From Adineta vaga (taxonomy: Eukaryota > Animalia > Rotifera), in contig CP075495.1 of the NCBI GenBank assembly GCA_021613535.1, positions 372,001-436,000 of the forward strand: a stretch of 64,000 nucleotides of DNA, written 5' to 3'. This document shows, in pieces, positions 26,401 through 38,518 of this stretch. Every line of letters begins with the position of its first letter. Position 1 is the first letter of the stretch. Position numbers and translations under genes: made by a program. A model generated the notes under the pieces. It had not been told where the DNA came from. It saw only the letters and a list, made by a program, of their open reading frames with translations, and ran no database searches.

Positions 26401-27126
26401 GCTGAACGCATGAAATTAGTATCATTTCCACGTAATACTACCGTAGGATGGCTTTCAGCTCTTCTTCACTATGGTCATACAATTAGTGGAAAACTAGACA
26501 ATGGTCAAAACAGTCGAATACTTAAAACCATTTGTGATAAAACAGGTCTTTCTTGTTCAATCTTTGATGACGAAAATCGAAATGCAACTAATTCACGTTG
26601 GCTTATCAAATATACTTTAGGTATGATGGATACAGATGCTTTATCTTCTTTTGTTTTTGGTGAATTATATGTACCACTAAATATCGCCAAACCAAATAAA
26701 CAAATCAAATTCAGTAAAGAATGGCTCTATAATATTGATCTGTATCAAGCAATTGCAAGTTTTGGTTGTAGTTTTACGAAGCCTTTCTGGCGCAGTGATT
26801 ATATTATACAAGATAAACAAACTCGTACTCTCGCTATTAAAATTAATAAAAAAGATGAAATTATATTGATTGAAAGATGCGTCCAGGATTTTGGAACGTC
26901 TGGTTACGAATATACACAGGAGGGCTTTAAAGGTATAAAAAATTGTCATCAATACATTAAACTCGAACATGATATTCACAATAAGACCAAGTTTACATGG
27001 ATGATTATATTTGAAGCTGAAAATGCGGAGAGTGTTGTGTATATGACGAACTTTTTTGGCGAACAGAGTGCCATGGTCAATGAAGCACTTCAAAATAATT
27101 TTACACCCGATATTCTTGATTCATAA
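23478..27126 (+). CDS. Ferritin-like (VioB/RebD/StaD-type) domain + VioB-N-like region + C-terminal SRPBCC/polyketide-cyclase-like domain; probable horizontal acquisition
   Basis: Exon 1 23478-23577, intron 23578-23689, then LHLASQLEHCLLNAYIYTACSIK, AHEEMIHL..MLRALG, FQSIGDFY, IVEEGEG and SHLYRF. Central LRLRFSGW...LATDPDP. C-terminal RTL...IER...YEYT...TKFTW..FE. Confidence 0.8.
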
Positions 27127-27557
27127 GAATTATTTAAAATATTGCACGCATATTAAAAAAAAACTCTTTCTTTTTTTTCATTTTACGACATTTTTCAGCG
27201 ACGAACGTCTATATTTTTTCTTTCTTTCTTCTTATTAATCATGTATCGTTGATTTTATTTTTCTTTATGTAGTAAGTTGTAGTGAAACCATGTTAAATTG
27301 AAGGCTAATTTGAGGAACATTCTTCGCAATAGAATCTATTACAGTACTGATAAATAACGTCAATACATTCGAAGCGATTCTGTTTTCGTACAGAAACTGA
27401 TCGAGATACTCGCCTCTTCATAAAGAATAAACGTTAATAAATCATTTTTATGTTTAGGACATGGCGCATGTTTAGCCAATGATTCTCGAAAATTACATCT
27501 ACGACATAATAAATTTATTGATTAAAATACACAAAAAAAGAGAACGAATTTTTTAGT

Positions 27558-30500
27558 CTATTGAAGTATCATTTGTGAAATCAATGATATGAAGAGTAAA
27601 ATGAATGAACAGATAAATGAAGAAGCACAATTCTGTTTGATATCGAAAACAATTTCATAAGTTGATGTTAAATTATAGATTGAATCTTGTGCACTAACTC
27701 GAACAGAAGTTGTAGTTGTACGATTATCGATTTTCTTTGGTACATTCCATTTAAATTCTCCAGTCAATTCATTAAGAGATGAATCATTTGGACTACGAAG
27801 AGATTTGTAAATAATATTCGAACTAAATTCACTTGTAGCTTGAAAAGAAATGTGTACTTGTTCACCAGTACGTACTGTTTGAGTGAGATTAAGATTAGAA
27901 TTGAATTTTGGAGGATTACGTATTGATTCTCGTTGTTGAATTTGTTCTTCTGCTGCTTGACGAGAATTAAGACCGAAAGCTGTATCACCAGTTACAAGAA
28001 TATCATAATAACATGTATGTTGATTTGGCGACCATAATGTTGAATTTGTAGAATTGAAATTAATTCCACAAGTTTCACGAGCATTTGTATCCAAAATACC
28101 ATTTGTAGAAACATCATAAGTTGGTCGATAATTTCGATTTTGTAATGAATAAAATGATGCATTATCATTTGAATCATAATAGAATAATGATCGATTAGGA
28201 TTAATTGCCCATGTCATACCGAATAACTATAAAAACAAAATTCAGATTTGATAATTATTTCTATAAAAGATAAAACTTACTTCATGTATTTGTTGTGCTG
28301 AAAGTGTATCAATAGTACCAATAATTGTACCAGAACTATTTCGTAAATCATTCGAACGATTACCATCGTAACCTCCAATTAATCCTAATGTCCAATTTCC
28401 TTTGAATTCTGCACTAATTGCAACATTAATATTCAATACTAATGTTGAGATTGTTGTTATATAGATTGGAGTTATTTGAATATTAACACCAATTGAATAT
28501 GAAAGTATCAATTGATTGTTACTAAGATTTTTTGAAATGGAAAAATCTTCAAAACGTAATGTAATTGTATTGAAAATTGTTTGTGAATCAGTGTCAAATG
28601 TAAGTTCATTACCATTGAGATGAATGAGAAGTTGATTTCGTCGAGATACTGTGATGCTCATATTATTTTGAGAACCAATTTTAGCAGCAAAAGCTTTGAT
28701 AGCTGTTGCATTGTTTGTACCTATTCCTATTGGTGTCGTACGAATTTGTGATTCGAATTGAAAAGGAATATTTGTATTAAATGAAATAGATGGTTGAGAT
28801 GGAATTGCCTATGAAGAAATGATATAATATGAATTTTTTTCAAATAAAATATTTTACATACGAGATATGTATATTCTCCATAACCATTAAAAGTATATGA
28901 AGTGCCATCGAGTGTAATAAAATGAGGATCACCTCAAGCACCACCAAATTGACCCATTGTATCACTTCCTATTCGTGATGGTCGCTTTCGAAGATATTTA
29001 TTACATTGTTCTGAATCAGATTGAAATTTACAACAAGAAATAAATGTTAAAACATCATGCAATTGATGATTCCAAAATGCTCGATCACTATGATAACGAT
29101 CATCACTTCCAGCACCAGTTCCTCGAGTTATAATTTGACCAGCTTGATTATAACAACACTGAGCACCGGCATTAAATTCATTCGATCGAATAGATCGAAA
29201 ACATGCTGATGCACTCTCTTCATTAAACTCTGATCGTCCTTGTTCCATGCAAGCAGGATCAGGTACGTATTGACCTCGTGCTACTTGAGCTTGCCGAAAA
29301 GTGTTTGGACAAGGTGGAAGATTTTGATTCCATGTCGAAGGATCTGGTTCATTATTACTCCAAACATCACAATTCAGATTTGGTGCTCCTTCAATTATCT
29401 TAATCACATTTTTGACCATTTGATAACCTGAATACGCTCCTGTTGATACTACTGCTACACGAATAAGTCCAATAAAAATATCAGTTAAAGGTAAAAGACG
29501 AGTTTGTTGATGAGCAATTGTTGATAAATCAATTTGTAAAGTTTGACGACCCAATTGTGGTTGAATATTTGAAGCAAGTGGAATAACAGTATCAACTTTA
29601 ATATTCACATCAGAATTCAATGATCGTTGTCGACGACTCATTCGTTCTTCGTCAGGTTTTAATATAACATATTCAATATTAATAGAAGAATTAGGTAAAA
29701 GTCCAGATAATGATGCTGATGAAAACATCCATTCAAGTTCAATTGTATCATTCCAATAAACAGCGTGTGTAACCGTACCATTCTGACGTAGAATAATATC
29801 TTCATTTGCCCAAATATCATTTGTCATTGGCATATATGTAAATGAACCCAAAGATATGGAAGTATTACCACCATCAAAAGACACATTTAATTGAATATTA
29901 CCAGTATATGCTGCAAGTGGCGAAACACATGAAGCTCGATATTGATTACGAACTAAACCCCGAACAGTACCGAATTCACCAAAATAACAGAGAATCTCCG
30001 TTGAATTTGAATCAAAACAGAGACCTTGTAAATTAATTGTTGTGCCACCAATTTGAGGACCACGTACAGGAAAATGAGTAAGACTTTCATACTCACTACA
30101 TCCACCTGCTTCGATATCCGTAGTATCAATACGAAAAACAAAGAGACCAGGAACATTAACATTACTTTCATTGACGAGTAATGTAATGTTACTTGTACGA
30201 GAGTATTGAAGCATTCTTGATACAACTCCATCACCTGCATTAAAACCTGCTTGGCCGTATGGTCCGTTCGGATTTTTACTAGCCCACTGAAGATCATTGT
30301 ATAAAAAGAATGCAAAACTACGTGACTCATCAGTAACTAATACCATTTGTAAAGTATTCAAACGATCTATTCTAGTAGGAAAATATCCAACTTGATACCA
30401 TGTACCTGTGATAATCATTAATGGTTCAAATGTTGACTCTCGTGGAAAATATTGACGAACGAATTGTGTAGCCTTATTAAATACTTCCGTTGCTACATTA

Positions 30501-30910
30501 CTTGAATTGCCATTGGTCATATTTCTAAGATAAACCTGATGATAAACACTATTATCAGATGAATTACTCGTATTTCCACGTGTGTCAATATCAGACCAAA
30601 ATGGAGTAATCAAACGTTGATTGTTACCAATAGGAAATTCAATTGGAGTGTAAGTAGATATACCACTCAAGAAAGAGAAAAGACCATTATTTGCTTGATA
30701 AATTTGACGATGATTATTATCAAAATATGGAAATATGTAAGGTAATGATATCGGACCAAGACTTTCATCATCATTACGTACCATCATTGTATCCCCCACA
30801 CCCAAACCAAAGGGAAAGAAATCATTGAGAGATTGAATTGCTTGAATAACATGTTGTTCTCCAATGTTATTGAGAAGGCATACAATGAAAATGAATGTTC
30901 TTTGAAACAT
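27558..30910 (-). CDS. NIDO-IPT-AMOP-VWD surface protein (SUSD2/Mesh/MUC4-like), with an in-frame TGA immediately before GDPH
   Basis: Signal peptide; NIDO (LITPFWSDIDTRG, AGFNAGDG, SNVNVPG), IPT (GPQIGGT), AMOP (LPPCP, GAQCCYN), then GGA*GDPHFITLDG. Downstream exons are intact (GLIGGYDGN) and end in a hydrophobic tail. Confidence 0.85.
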
Positions 30911-31089
30911 TTTGTGTTCTTCCTATACACGATCGAGTATAAATAGTCTACAATGCTGACATAGCTTTCATGATTTTATTGAAAAATGTTTATGAGTAAT
31001 TGTGAGGTGTGTCAATATTATAGACGATGATTTAAAAAGAAAAAGGAAGTAAATATTATTTATTTATTTATTTATTATGTCTTAGATTT

Positions 31090-32496
31090 ATTTTCAGATG
31101 AAAATATCGATGAATAATCATGTTTTAACCAAGGAATTCCGAGTAAATATAATAAATGTGAATTATGGCACTCTATCGATTACTCATATTTCTACTCAGT
31201 CTATGTATGAATAAATTGTTTGCTTTCAAGTTTCAAATGAACTACCCTATTTGAAAACTCTTCGAAGCACGATGCATATTTAATCGTATCTCATAATGAT
31301 CTATTTACAGTATTACTTCCACATCATACAATGCATATGTACGAAAATGTTGTTTGAGAAAAATTCAAGAAGTTGTCATGGCTATTTATGAATAGAATGG
31401 ATAAAAAGAGATTATAGTTAATTTTAGTCAAAATTTATTCAAGGAATAAATAATATGAACAAGATAATATTGGTTTTTCTAATGAATATCGTGATTTTTT
31501 ACTTGACTCAATACATCATAAAACATTACAAATCATTTTAACTTCATTGAATACTTTTCTTCAATCATCGGCGACCTATTCTGGATTAAATGAATCAATC
31601 ATGTGGTGGAATATATACATAACTTTTAATCAATATTCTTTGTTTGAAAGAATTCATCTAGGATTAAATAAAAATATGGAGAAACAGTATCCACATCAAT
31701 ATTCTTCAACACTACGTCAGAAAACACCATTATAAATTCGATTAAAACACATCTTAATTATTTCTCATTATTAATGGGTAACATATCTATACAAGAATGG
31801 ATTAAAATATTTTGTGGATTATCATTTCATCCATTAATGTGAAAATATCGTAAAGAAAAGGACAATATTTGTAAATAACATCTTATGGACACTTGGAGAT
31901 CATGTAGGTGTAGCAAATACAAAGCAATTAGCGAAAAGACGACATAAAAATGGAAAATTTCCAATATAAAGTTATTCTTACTGTCAGTAGTAATGATCGT
32001 GAAACGAGTGAAAAGATTTCAAATCATTTATGTATTAATGGATTTCGTCTTTTATGTCATCTATGTATTTCTCCATCACAATCAAATGAATTTGTTTTAT
32101 GAAAAACTTCTCTAAAACACGATTTATCAATTTTACACAATTATCATTCATTGATACAATTATCATAGATAATATTGATGAATCGAAGAAAATTTCTCAA
32201 AATCTTTCACTGCGTTTAAAACAAACGATGTAAGAAAATATTTTGAAATATCAACAATTGATCAAATTAATCGAATCGATGATATGGATGGAAATACTGC
32301 ATTACATACTGAAACGAATTATGGAGAATTAAGAACACTTCGAAATCAATTAACAAATCGTACTGCATATGAAGAAGCTCATACCTTAGAAATTCAACAA
32401 CTTTTCCAACGTACAAATGATACAAATCGATTTGTTGTCGATTCATTTCCTGAACTTTTCGAATGGGTACTTGATTATGATGATTTAAGTTTATAA
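31090..32496 (+). pseudogene. Highly degraded coding remnants, including an ankyrin-like fragment
   Basis: Protein-like stretches broken by stops and frameshifts; DGNTALH...TAYEEA fragment at 32284-32496. Confidence 0.35.
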
Positions 32497-32687
32497 CGTT
32501 CACAATTTTGACGAAAAATATTAAATTCATTTAAAATTGATTGAAAAGATCTTCAATTATCAACAATTTTTTTGTAAAACATTAACCAAATTTTTCGAAC
32601 ATTTTTTCATGTCATTATCTTCAACAGAAATTATTTATCGATTGGCTTATTCAACAAGCAATGGAAAAAACGACTTCCATCTATATT

Positions 32688-33170
32688 CTAAGAGTTTACA
32701 ATTTCTTTAGGAAAAGTATTGTGCTGTACAATCAAATATTGAAGATTAAGTATATTCAAAATACTACTTGGAACATGAGTTATTTGTATATGAGACAATA
32801 GTAAAGAATAGACATTTTCAAGTTTATAAACCTCGGAAGAAATAATCGAAATCTTTGTTCCATTAAGTCGAATTTCTGATATATTAGTAAATAAAAGAAT
32901 ATTAGACATGTGTATAATTGGATTGCAATTCATATCAAGACGACGAAGTGTTTCACTTTCTGTCAGAGTTAGGATTTCAGTAAAGATATTTTTGTAAAGT
33001 GTTAATTAATTAAGTTTTGCTAAACTCAATAATTCACTAAGACTTGGTAAATGAGTAAGAGAATAAATAATCTTCGAACTTTTCGGAGAGTTGATAATTT
33101 ATTAGTCGTTTTTGTGATTGGAGTAATTGTTATACTGAGACTATGAAGTTTTTGAAGGTTAAATTGACTA
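32688..33170 (-). pseudogene. Leucine-rich-repeat gene fragment
   Basis: LxxLxLxx-type units (LRRLDMNCNPI, ISEIRLNGTKI, VYSLLLSHIQITHVP, LQYLIVQHN); the upstream part is frameshifted. Confidence 0.45.
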
Positions 33171-34388
33171 TCTGAGACAATGCAGAAAAGAAAAATTGTT
33201 ATATGGAATAATTATGAGATAATGATACCATTGGTGAATAACGTATTCATTATGTCTAAAGTTGTTATAAATTTTTCAAACAGAAAACATTTTCAGGGAC
33301 GATACTTTCAGCTTATCGAAGTTGAATCATAACTAACGAAGAGTCATTTGAATCTAAAATAGCTGTACGTTTATTCCGGTCCTTGTTGTCTGTAATCGAA
33401 CCTGATAGAAAATGGAAATTGAGAAAGAATATCCAAAGCATTGGTATATTGATCACATCGTACACTTCTCTTTTCTGATTTTCCACAATATTTCATTAGT
33501 GAACAACAGCAACAGAAAATAAAAAAAAAATAAACGATTTTAAATTTGATCTCTTTTGTTTCAAACACTGTTTTTAATCTTACTGAACGTTTTGACCTAA
33601 AAAATTTAAGTGAAGGTAAAAAGTCATACTTTCGTTCAAACCATTAGCCAATATGTTTATGGCAAATATTCGTTTTTAATTTCACAATGGATAAGATGAG
33701 TTAATAATTATCAAATAAAACAGAAGAGAAAATTACTTTGTGATATGAATGTATAATATCAATCACAAAACGTTTTGAACGATAATTAAAAGATATATTT
33801 GATGCATTAAATGAAATATTGATTAAGTTTATAATCATTTGATACATATTGAATCTAACTGAATAAAAGATTTTGCTATTATTTTTTCAAATATTGCATC
33901 TTGGTAGAAAATATGAAGAGACTCATGATTATTATCAAAGAACAATAGAAATACAAAAAGAGATATTTTATTCTCACACTTAAAATAGTATTTACTATAG
34001 TTCAGAAAACATTGGTTGTATGCATGTCTATCTGTCTGTATCAGGGTCAAAGGTCAAGGGTTAAAGAAAAAACTTTCCTTAAAAGAATCTCAAAGATTGA
34101 AAACTGAGAGCAGGGTGAGGTGGGAGACAAAGGTAAAGGGTAAACGATTAAAAGTTAAAGATCATACATACCCAAATTTTTAGAAGTTTTCTTTATTTTA
34201 ACGAAAAACTCGATAATTAAGACTTGTTTCTAGCAAGAAAAGCAACTCAAAATAAAAAAGCTTACAGCGTTGAGGAAAGCAAAGGAAAAACATAAACTTA
34301 ATGCAAAATATCATAAAACTTTCGATTCACCAAAACAATAGAAATTATAAAAAGAAACTGAAAAACAAAGTATTATGAAAACTCTCTT

Positions 34389-36162
34389 TTAAATATCATC
34401 TTCAGTTTCTCTTATCATTTTCAATAATTTTTGAATATACTTGGTTGGTACATGCTTTCCTTGACCTTGATTGCAATAGATACTGAAAGCAGCAATTCGG
34501 ACAACTCGGTCCGATTCCCAGACACTAAGATATTCTCGTTCTCTTGCCGTCATTGGTTCTTCTAGCCAATCTCTTAAAAGAAGATTACCTAAATTTTGAC
34601 CAGAAATAATATTATACAGTTTTGTCAATGGAACGGATGTTGAATTCAATTTCTGCTGAGCTCGACGATAAACTTGGGCGAACACATCCCGAGATTCAGC
34701 AGCATTTCCACTTATAGACCGAGCAGCGTAGTTCTTTTTCACTGCACGATCATAGTCGATTCCATAAGAGATACCATCATCAGGATTGTCTTTTTTCATT
34801 GCACGATCATAATCGATTCCATAAGAGATTCCATCATCACCATTTCCATTCAAAGACCGAGCAGCGTGGTTCTTTTTCATTGCACGATCATAATCAATTC
34901 CATAAGAGATTCCATCATCAGCATTTCCACCCACAGATTGAGCAGCATTGTTCTTTTTCACTGCACGATCATAGTCGATTCCATAAGAGATACCATCATC
35001 AGGATTGTCTTTTTTCATTGCACGATCATAATCAATGCCGTAAGAGATTCCGTCATCACCATTTCCATTCAAAGACCGAGCAGCGTGGTTCTTTTTCATT
35101 GCACGATCATAATCAATGCCGTAAGAGATTCCGTCATCAGCATTTCCACTTACCGACCGAGTAGCGTGGTTCTTTTTCATTGCACGATCATAATCAATGC
35201 CGTAAGAGATTCCATCATCAGCATTTCCACCCACAGATTGAGCAGCATTGTTCTTTTTCATAGCACGATCATAATCGACTGTATAAGTGATTTGATCATC
35301 ATGATTGTCTTTTTTCAATGCACGATTATAATCAATTCCATAAGAGATTCCATCATCAGCATTTCGACTGGAGCTTAAGTGTGGCTGTGCTACGCTGCCG
35401 ATATCGGTACAAATTGAAGATGGTTTCACACTGGAAAGAGTAGAAAAGTGAAGGTTTGATCTGAAGTCATTGAAATCAGTAGAGTGAAGTTTACCTGTAT
35501 TCTTTTTCCTTTTGATAAAATGCTAAAACACGCCGGGCTAAACGTCGACAATGCTCATAATGTGAATAATCGGCAACATTATCTAATTGTTTGCCTTCAG
35601 ATAGCTGTTGATTAAACATTTCAATCATATGCAAACAATGAGGTCCGTGTATTAACATAATTCCATTATTGTAAGGATCAGTTAGAGGCCATGGTAATCC
35701 ATCGTCATCTGTTGTAAACAATAGTCCTTTGCCATCTGAAATTTTTTAAAACAATAAGTTAGACACCTCAACAGGATCTTACATTTTGTGTCTCTTACCT
35801 TCTGTATTACTAGGCGTCGCGAATGATATATTTTGTGCCAGTTCTTTTCGTTCTCTTGAAACATAATGTTTCCATTTTTTTTCTGTCCATACTGAACAGT
35901 TAGCCAGTTTCTGATCACGTGCATATGCCAAGTCGACACTTGTACAAACACAATCATTCTGTGACAAATGTTGATCACAATCTGTAGTACAATAACATTT
36001 TCCTGTGGATCGACGTCGACTACAAAATCCTTTCAAAGCCTCCGATGAACCGTCCACTTGTTCGCAAACCAGTTTACGACCGCCGCTATAACTTTTGTTC
36101 TGAGCTAAAGAGATCGCCAGAAATAAGGAGAGTGTTACAACAATTAATAGTAACACTTTCAT
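34389..36162 (-). CDS. Secreted fusion protein: Cys-rich N-terminus + twin HxxHC (DUF3328/UstYa-like) domain + 9 KK-flanked Tyr-containing core repeats + C-terminal domain (3 exons, ~548 aa)
   Basis: Exons 36162-35799, 35735-35495 and 35430-34389 (1647 nt, in frame, GT-AG introns of 63 and 64 nt). Signal MKVLLLIVVTLSLFLAISLA; HGPHCL and HYEHC; repeats DDGISYGIDYDRA(M/V)KK. Confidence 0.85.
34735..35365 (-). repeat. Coding tandem repeat (57- and 81-nt units) encoding the core-peptide cassettes
   Basis: Recurrent + strand motif GCACGATCATAATC...TAAGAGATTCCATCATC, 9 units. Confidence 0.95.
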
Positions 36163-36883
36163 TTTCGATATCGATGCGTCGGTTGGAGAGGTAGTGTAGA
36201 AGAAACGAGTCAAAGCACAGATTATTTATAGTGTGAGTTCTAGACTAGGGCTGTTACATTATCTTTATTTTTCTGCGAAAGAACTGTAAAGATAATCTCT
36301 AAGTTCAAGAATAAAATCAATATAAAGATTAAGGATTTTTTTGTTATCATCAGAAATTAATTCCTTTTGGACTGTTTGCTCTTTGATTTCAAATAAAAAA
36401 AACACACACGTATATATACTTATCTTAATAATCTCAGAAAGAGAAAAAGAGATGTATTTATTTAAATATTTATAAGAGATCACAGAGTTGAAGTCACATA
36501 CATCACGTGAGACAAAAGAAATATTTAAGAGAAGAGAGACAATTGGTGATGACTGTAACAATTATTCTTACAGAGAAATAGAATATGTTTTTAAATACTA
36601 GCAGATTATTGTCGCGATGTGGCGCGACAGCGGTCAATTTTCTACCGCGATGGACAACTCTGGCTGAAAGAAGATCGAGCATAAATATCAACAGATTAAA
36701 CGAAGAATCTATTCACCATTTTATAAAATGCTGTACTGATTGTTACATGAAAATCAGGAATCAACAACAATAAATAGACGTCAGTAATGCGTGGCAACAA
36801 AGAACAATGGAAATTGTGTAGGTGTGAATGGGAGAAGAAAAAACACGCACCCACACCCAAAGAATATATGTAATTAGAATTGT

Positions 36884-37932
36884 TTATTCAAGTTCTATAT
36901 TTGAATTGTTTGTACTTATAATTCCAGGTAGAACTTTATTTCTTGATACCGAACAGAAATATTTGAATTTTTGCCAATATTTTCTTATTAAAAGATATTT
37001 CACTTGACGACGATACCGTGATGATGTGATCATAAAGACATAACAACTAATCTATAATAAATTAAAATATTCAATTTGAATCAAATAAAAAAAGAATAAA
37101 TATCTACCGAAAAGTTTAGAGAAACTAAAGATAGTAAAATTGATAGAATTAATTGTCTTATTGCGTAGTTTAACGGTTGATTTTGTGTAACAGGAACATT
37201 AACAGCATAAATACGAAAAATTGTATATGGTAATAAAAGACAAACTAACATTACAACACGTATAAGAACCATTGCTGTCATTTGTTGATCTAATCGACGT
37301 CGAGTTATTTGAATTTGTCGACGAATAATATGACGAACATTTCGATAAGCTAAAATATTAAACAATGATGCAATAATAATAGGTAATAAACCAATTAAAA
37401 CTGGATAAAAGAAGTATGTTGAATATTTCACCCATACTGGATTTATTATAATACAGCCAATTGATGGTTGAATATAAAAAAATAGAACAAATATAATACT
37501 ATGAATTGACCAAATACATATTGATATACTGATAAGATATCGAGCCAATCTAATTGTACATATTTCTCTTAAATTGAAATAATAATTTGTTGAAAGAAAT
37601 TGATCACAAGCACCAAAACATATTGTGTATGATGTGGTCAGTGTAATTGTTTGACTTAACATATATCGAAATCGACACCAAATAAGATTTCTTCCAGTTG
37701 CATCATCTCCATATACTATTGTTAAAATCATTATACTAATATTAAGAAATTGATTAGAAAAACTTGAAATTGATTCAACAGTTAAATAAAAAGAAGATCG
37801 ATTATTATGAAAAAGTTTTAATTGAGTAAAGACAAGAATATTTAAAATATTACCAATCACACCGATAAAGATTGTGATATACTTTACGTAAAGAGAATAA
37901 TTTATTGAAAATTCTAAGATTTGTTCAGACAT
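36884..37932 (-). CDS. Class A (rhodopsin-like) GPCR, 2 exons
   Basis: GNILNILVF, CFGACDQFLST, RRRLDQQMTAMVL; the last exon encodes YVFMITSSRYRRQVK. Confidence 0.9.
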
Positions 37933-38518
37933 TATAATGATGAAATTGTCAATTAACTATGATGATACTAAGAATATTATTCGCTTTTTTTCCTATTTGC
38001 CTCATGAGTTAATTTTGAATATTAAAATGACGTAGACAAAAAAATCAAATAAACTGTTCGATCTTCTTAATAAAATGTCGATACCTTTGAGGAAAAGTAC
38101 TTTATATAGATAATTATATTTTACTAGTGACGAGCTGACTTGATGATACGGCATGACAACTACGCACAATAACAAACGCTAATTCTTTGCATTCGCAAAG
38201 CTTTTTATGAATGAATGAGAAGAACGTCTAGTCGGTCGGCCACTTACGATCACTCGTTTTGCACGTTTTACTTCAATATATTGTTCTCTCAAAACATATG
38301 AGAACTCAAATAGACCTCTCATAAAACGCATTTCCAGTGTTTTGCGTATCATCTTCCTTTCAGTCGAAAGAATAACAATTAACCTTCAGGTTTTTATTTA
38401 TATTTACAATCAATGATGAAAATTCTAAAGAACGAACGAAAAAAAAGAAAGACGTGATTGTAACTTTGAATTTTTTGATGTCACATTTTTGTTAATATTT
38501 ACATGTCCTTCGAAATCA

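Noticed and set aside
23478-27126. Bacterial contamination
   Set aside because: The gene has a frame-preserving GT-AG intron and is contiguous with intron-rich animal-type genes; no operon structure is visible.
25162-27238. Overlapping short ORFs within the VioB-like gene
   Set aside because: Alternative-frame or antisense by-products of a long, higher-GC exon.
9603-28936. Alternative genetic code (TGA=Trp) suggested by two in-frame TGAs
   Set aside because: Several genes in the window end in TGA (e.g. 3380, 7116, 41200, 45033) and Trp is encoded by TGG throughout.
34735-35365. Repeat-spacer pattern resembling a CRISPR array
   Set aside because: Units are multiples of 3, spacers are themselves repeated, the array is protein-coding in a spliced gene, and no cas genes are present.
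34674-35378. Long plus-strand repetitive ORFs (234 aa Ile/Ser-rich, 121 aa His-rich)
   Set aside because: Antisense shadows of the coding repeat; the minus-strand frame has the signal peptide, splice sites and synonymous-site variation.
34389-35429. Plain neuropeptide precursor interpretation
   Set aside because: Not excluded but disfavoured: there is no amidation Gly, and an upstream twin-HxxHC domain is spliced in frame, which neuropeptide precursors lack.
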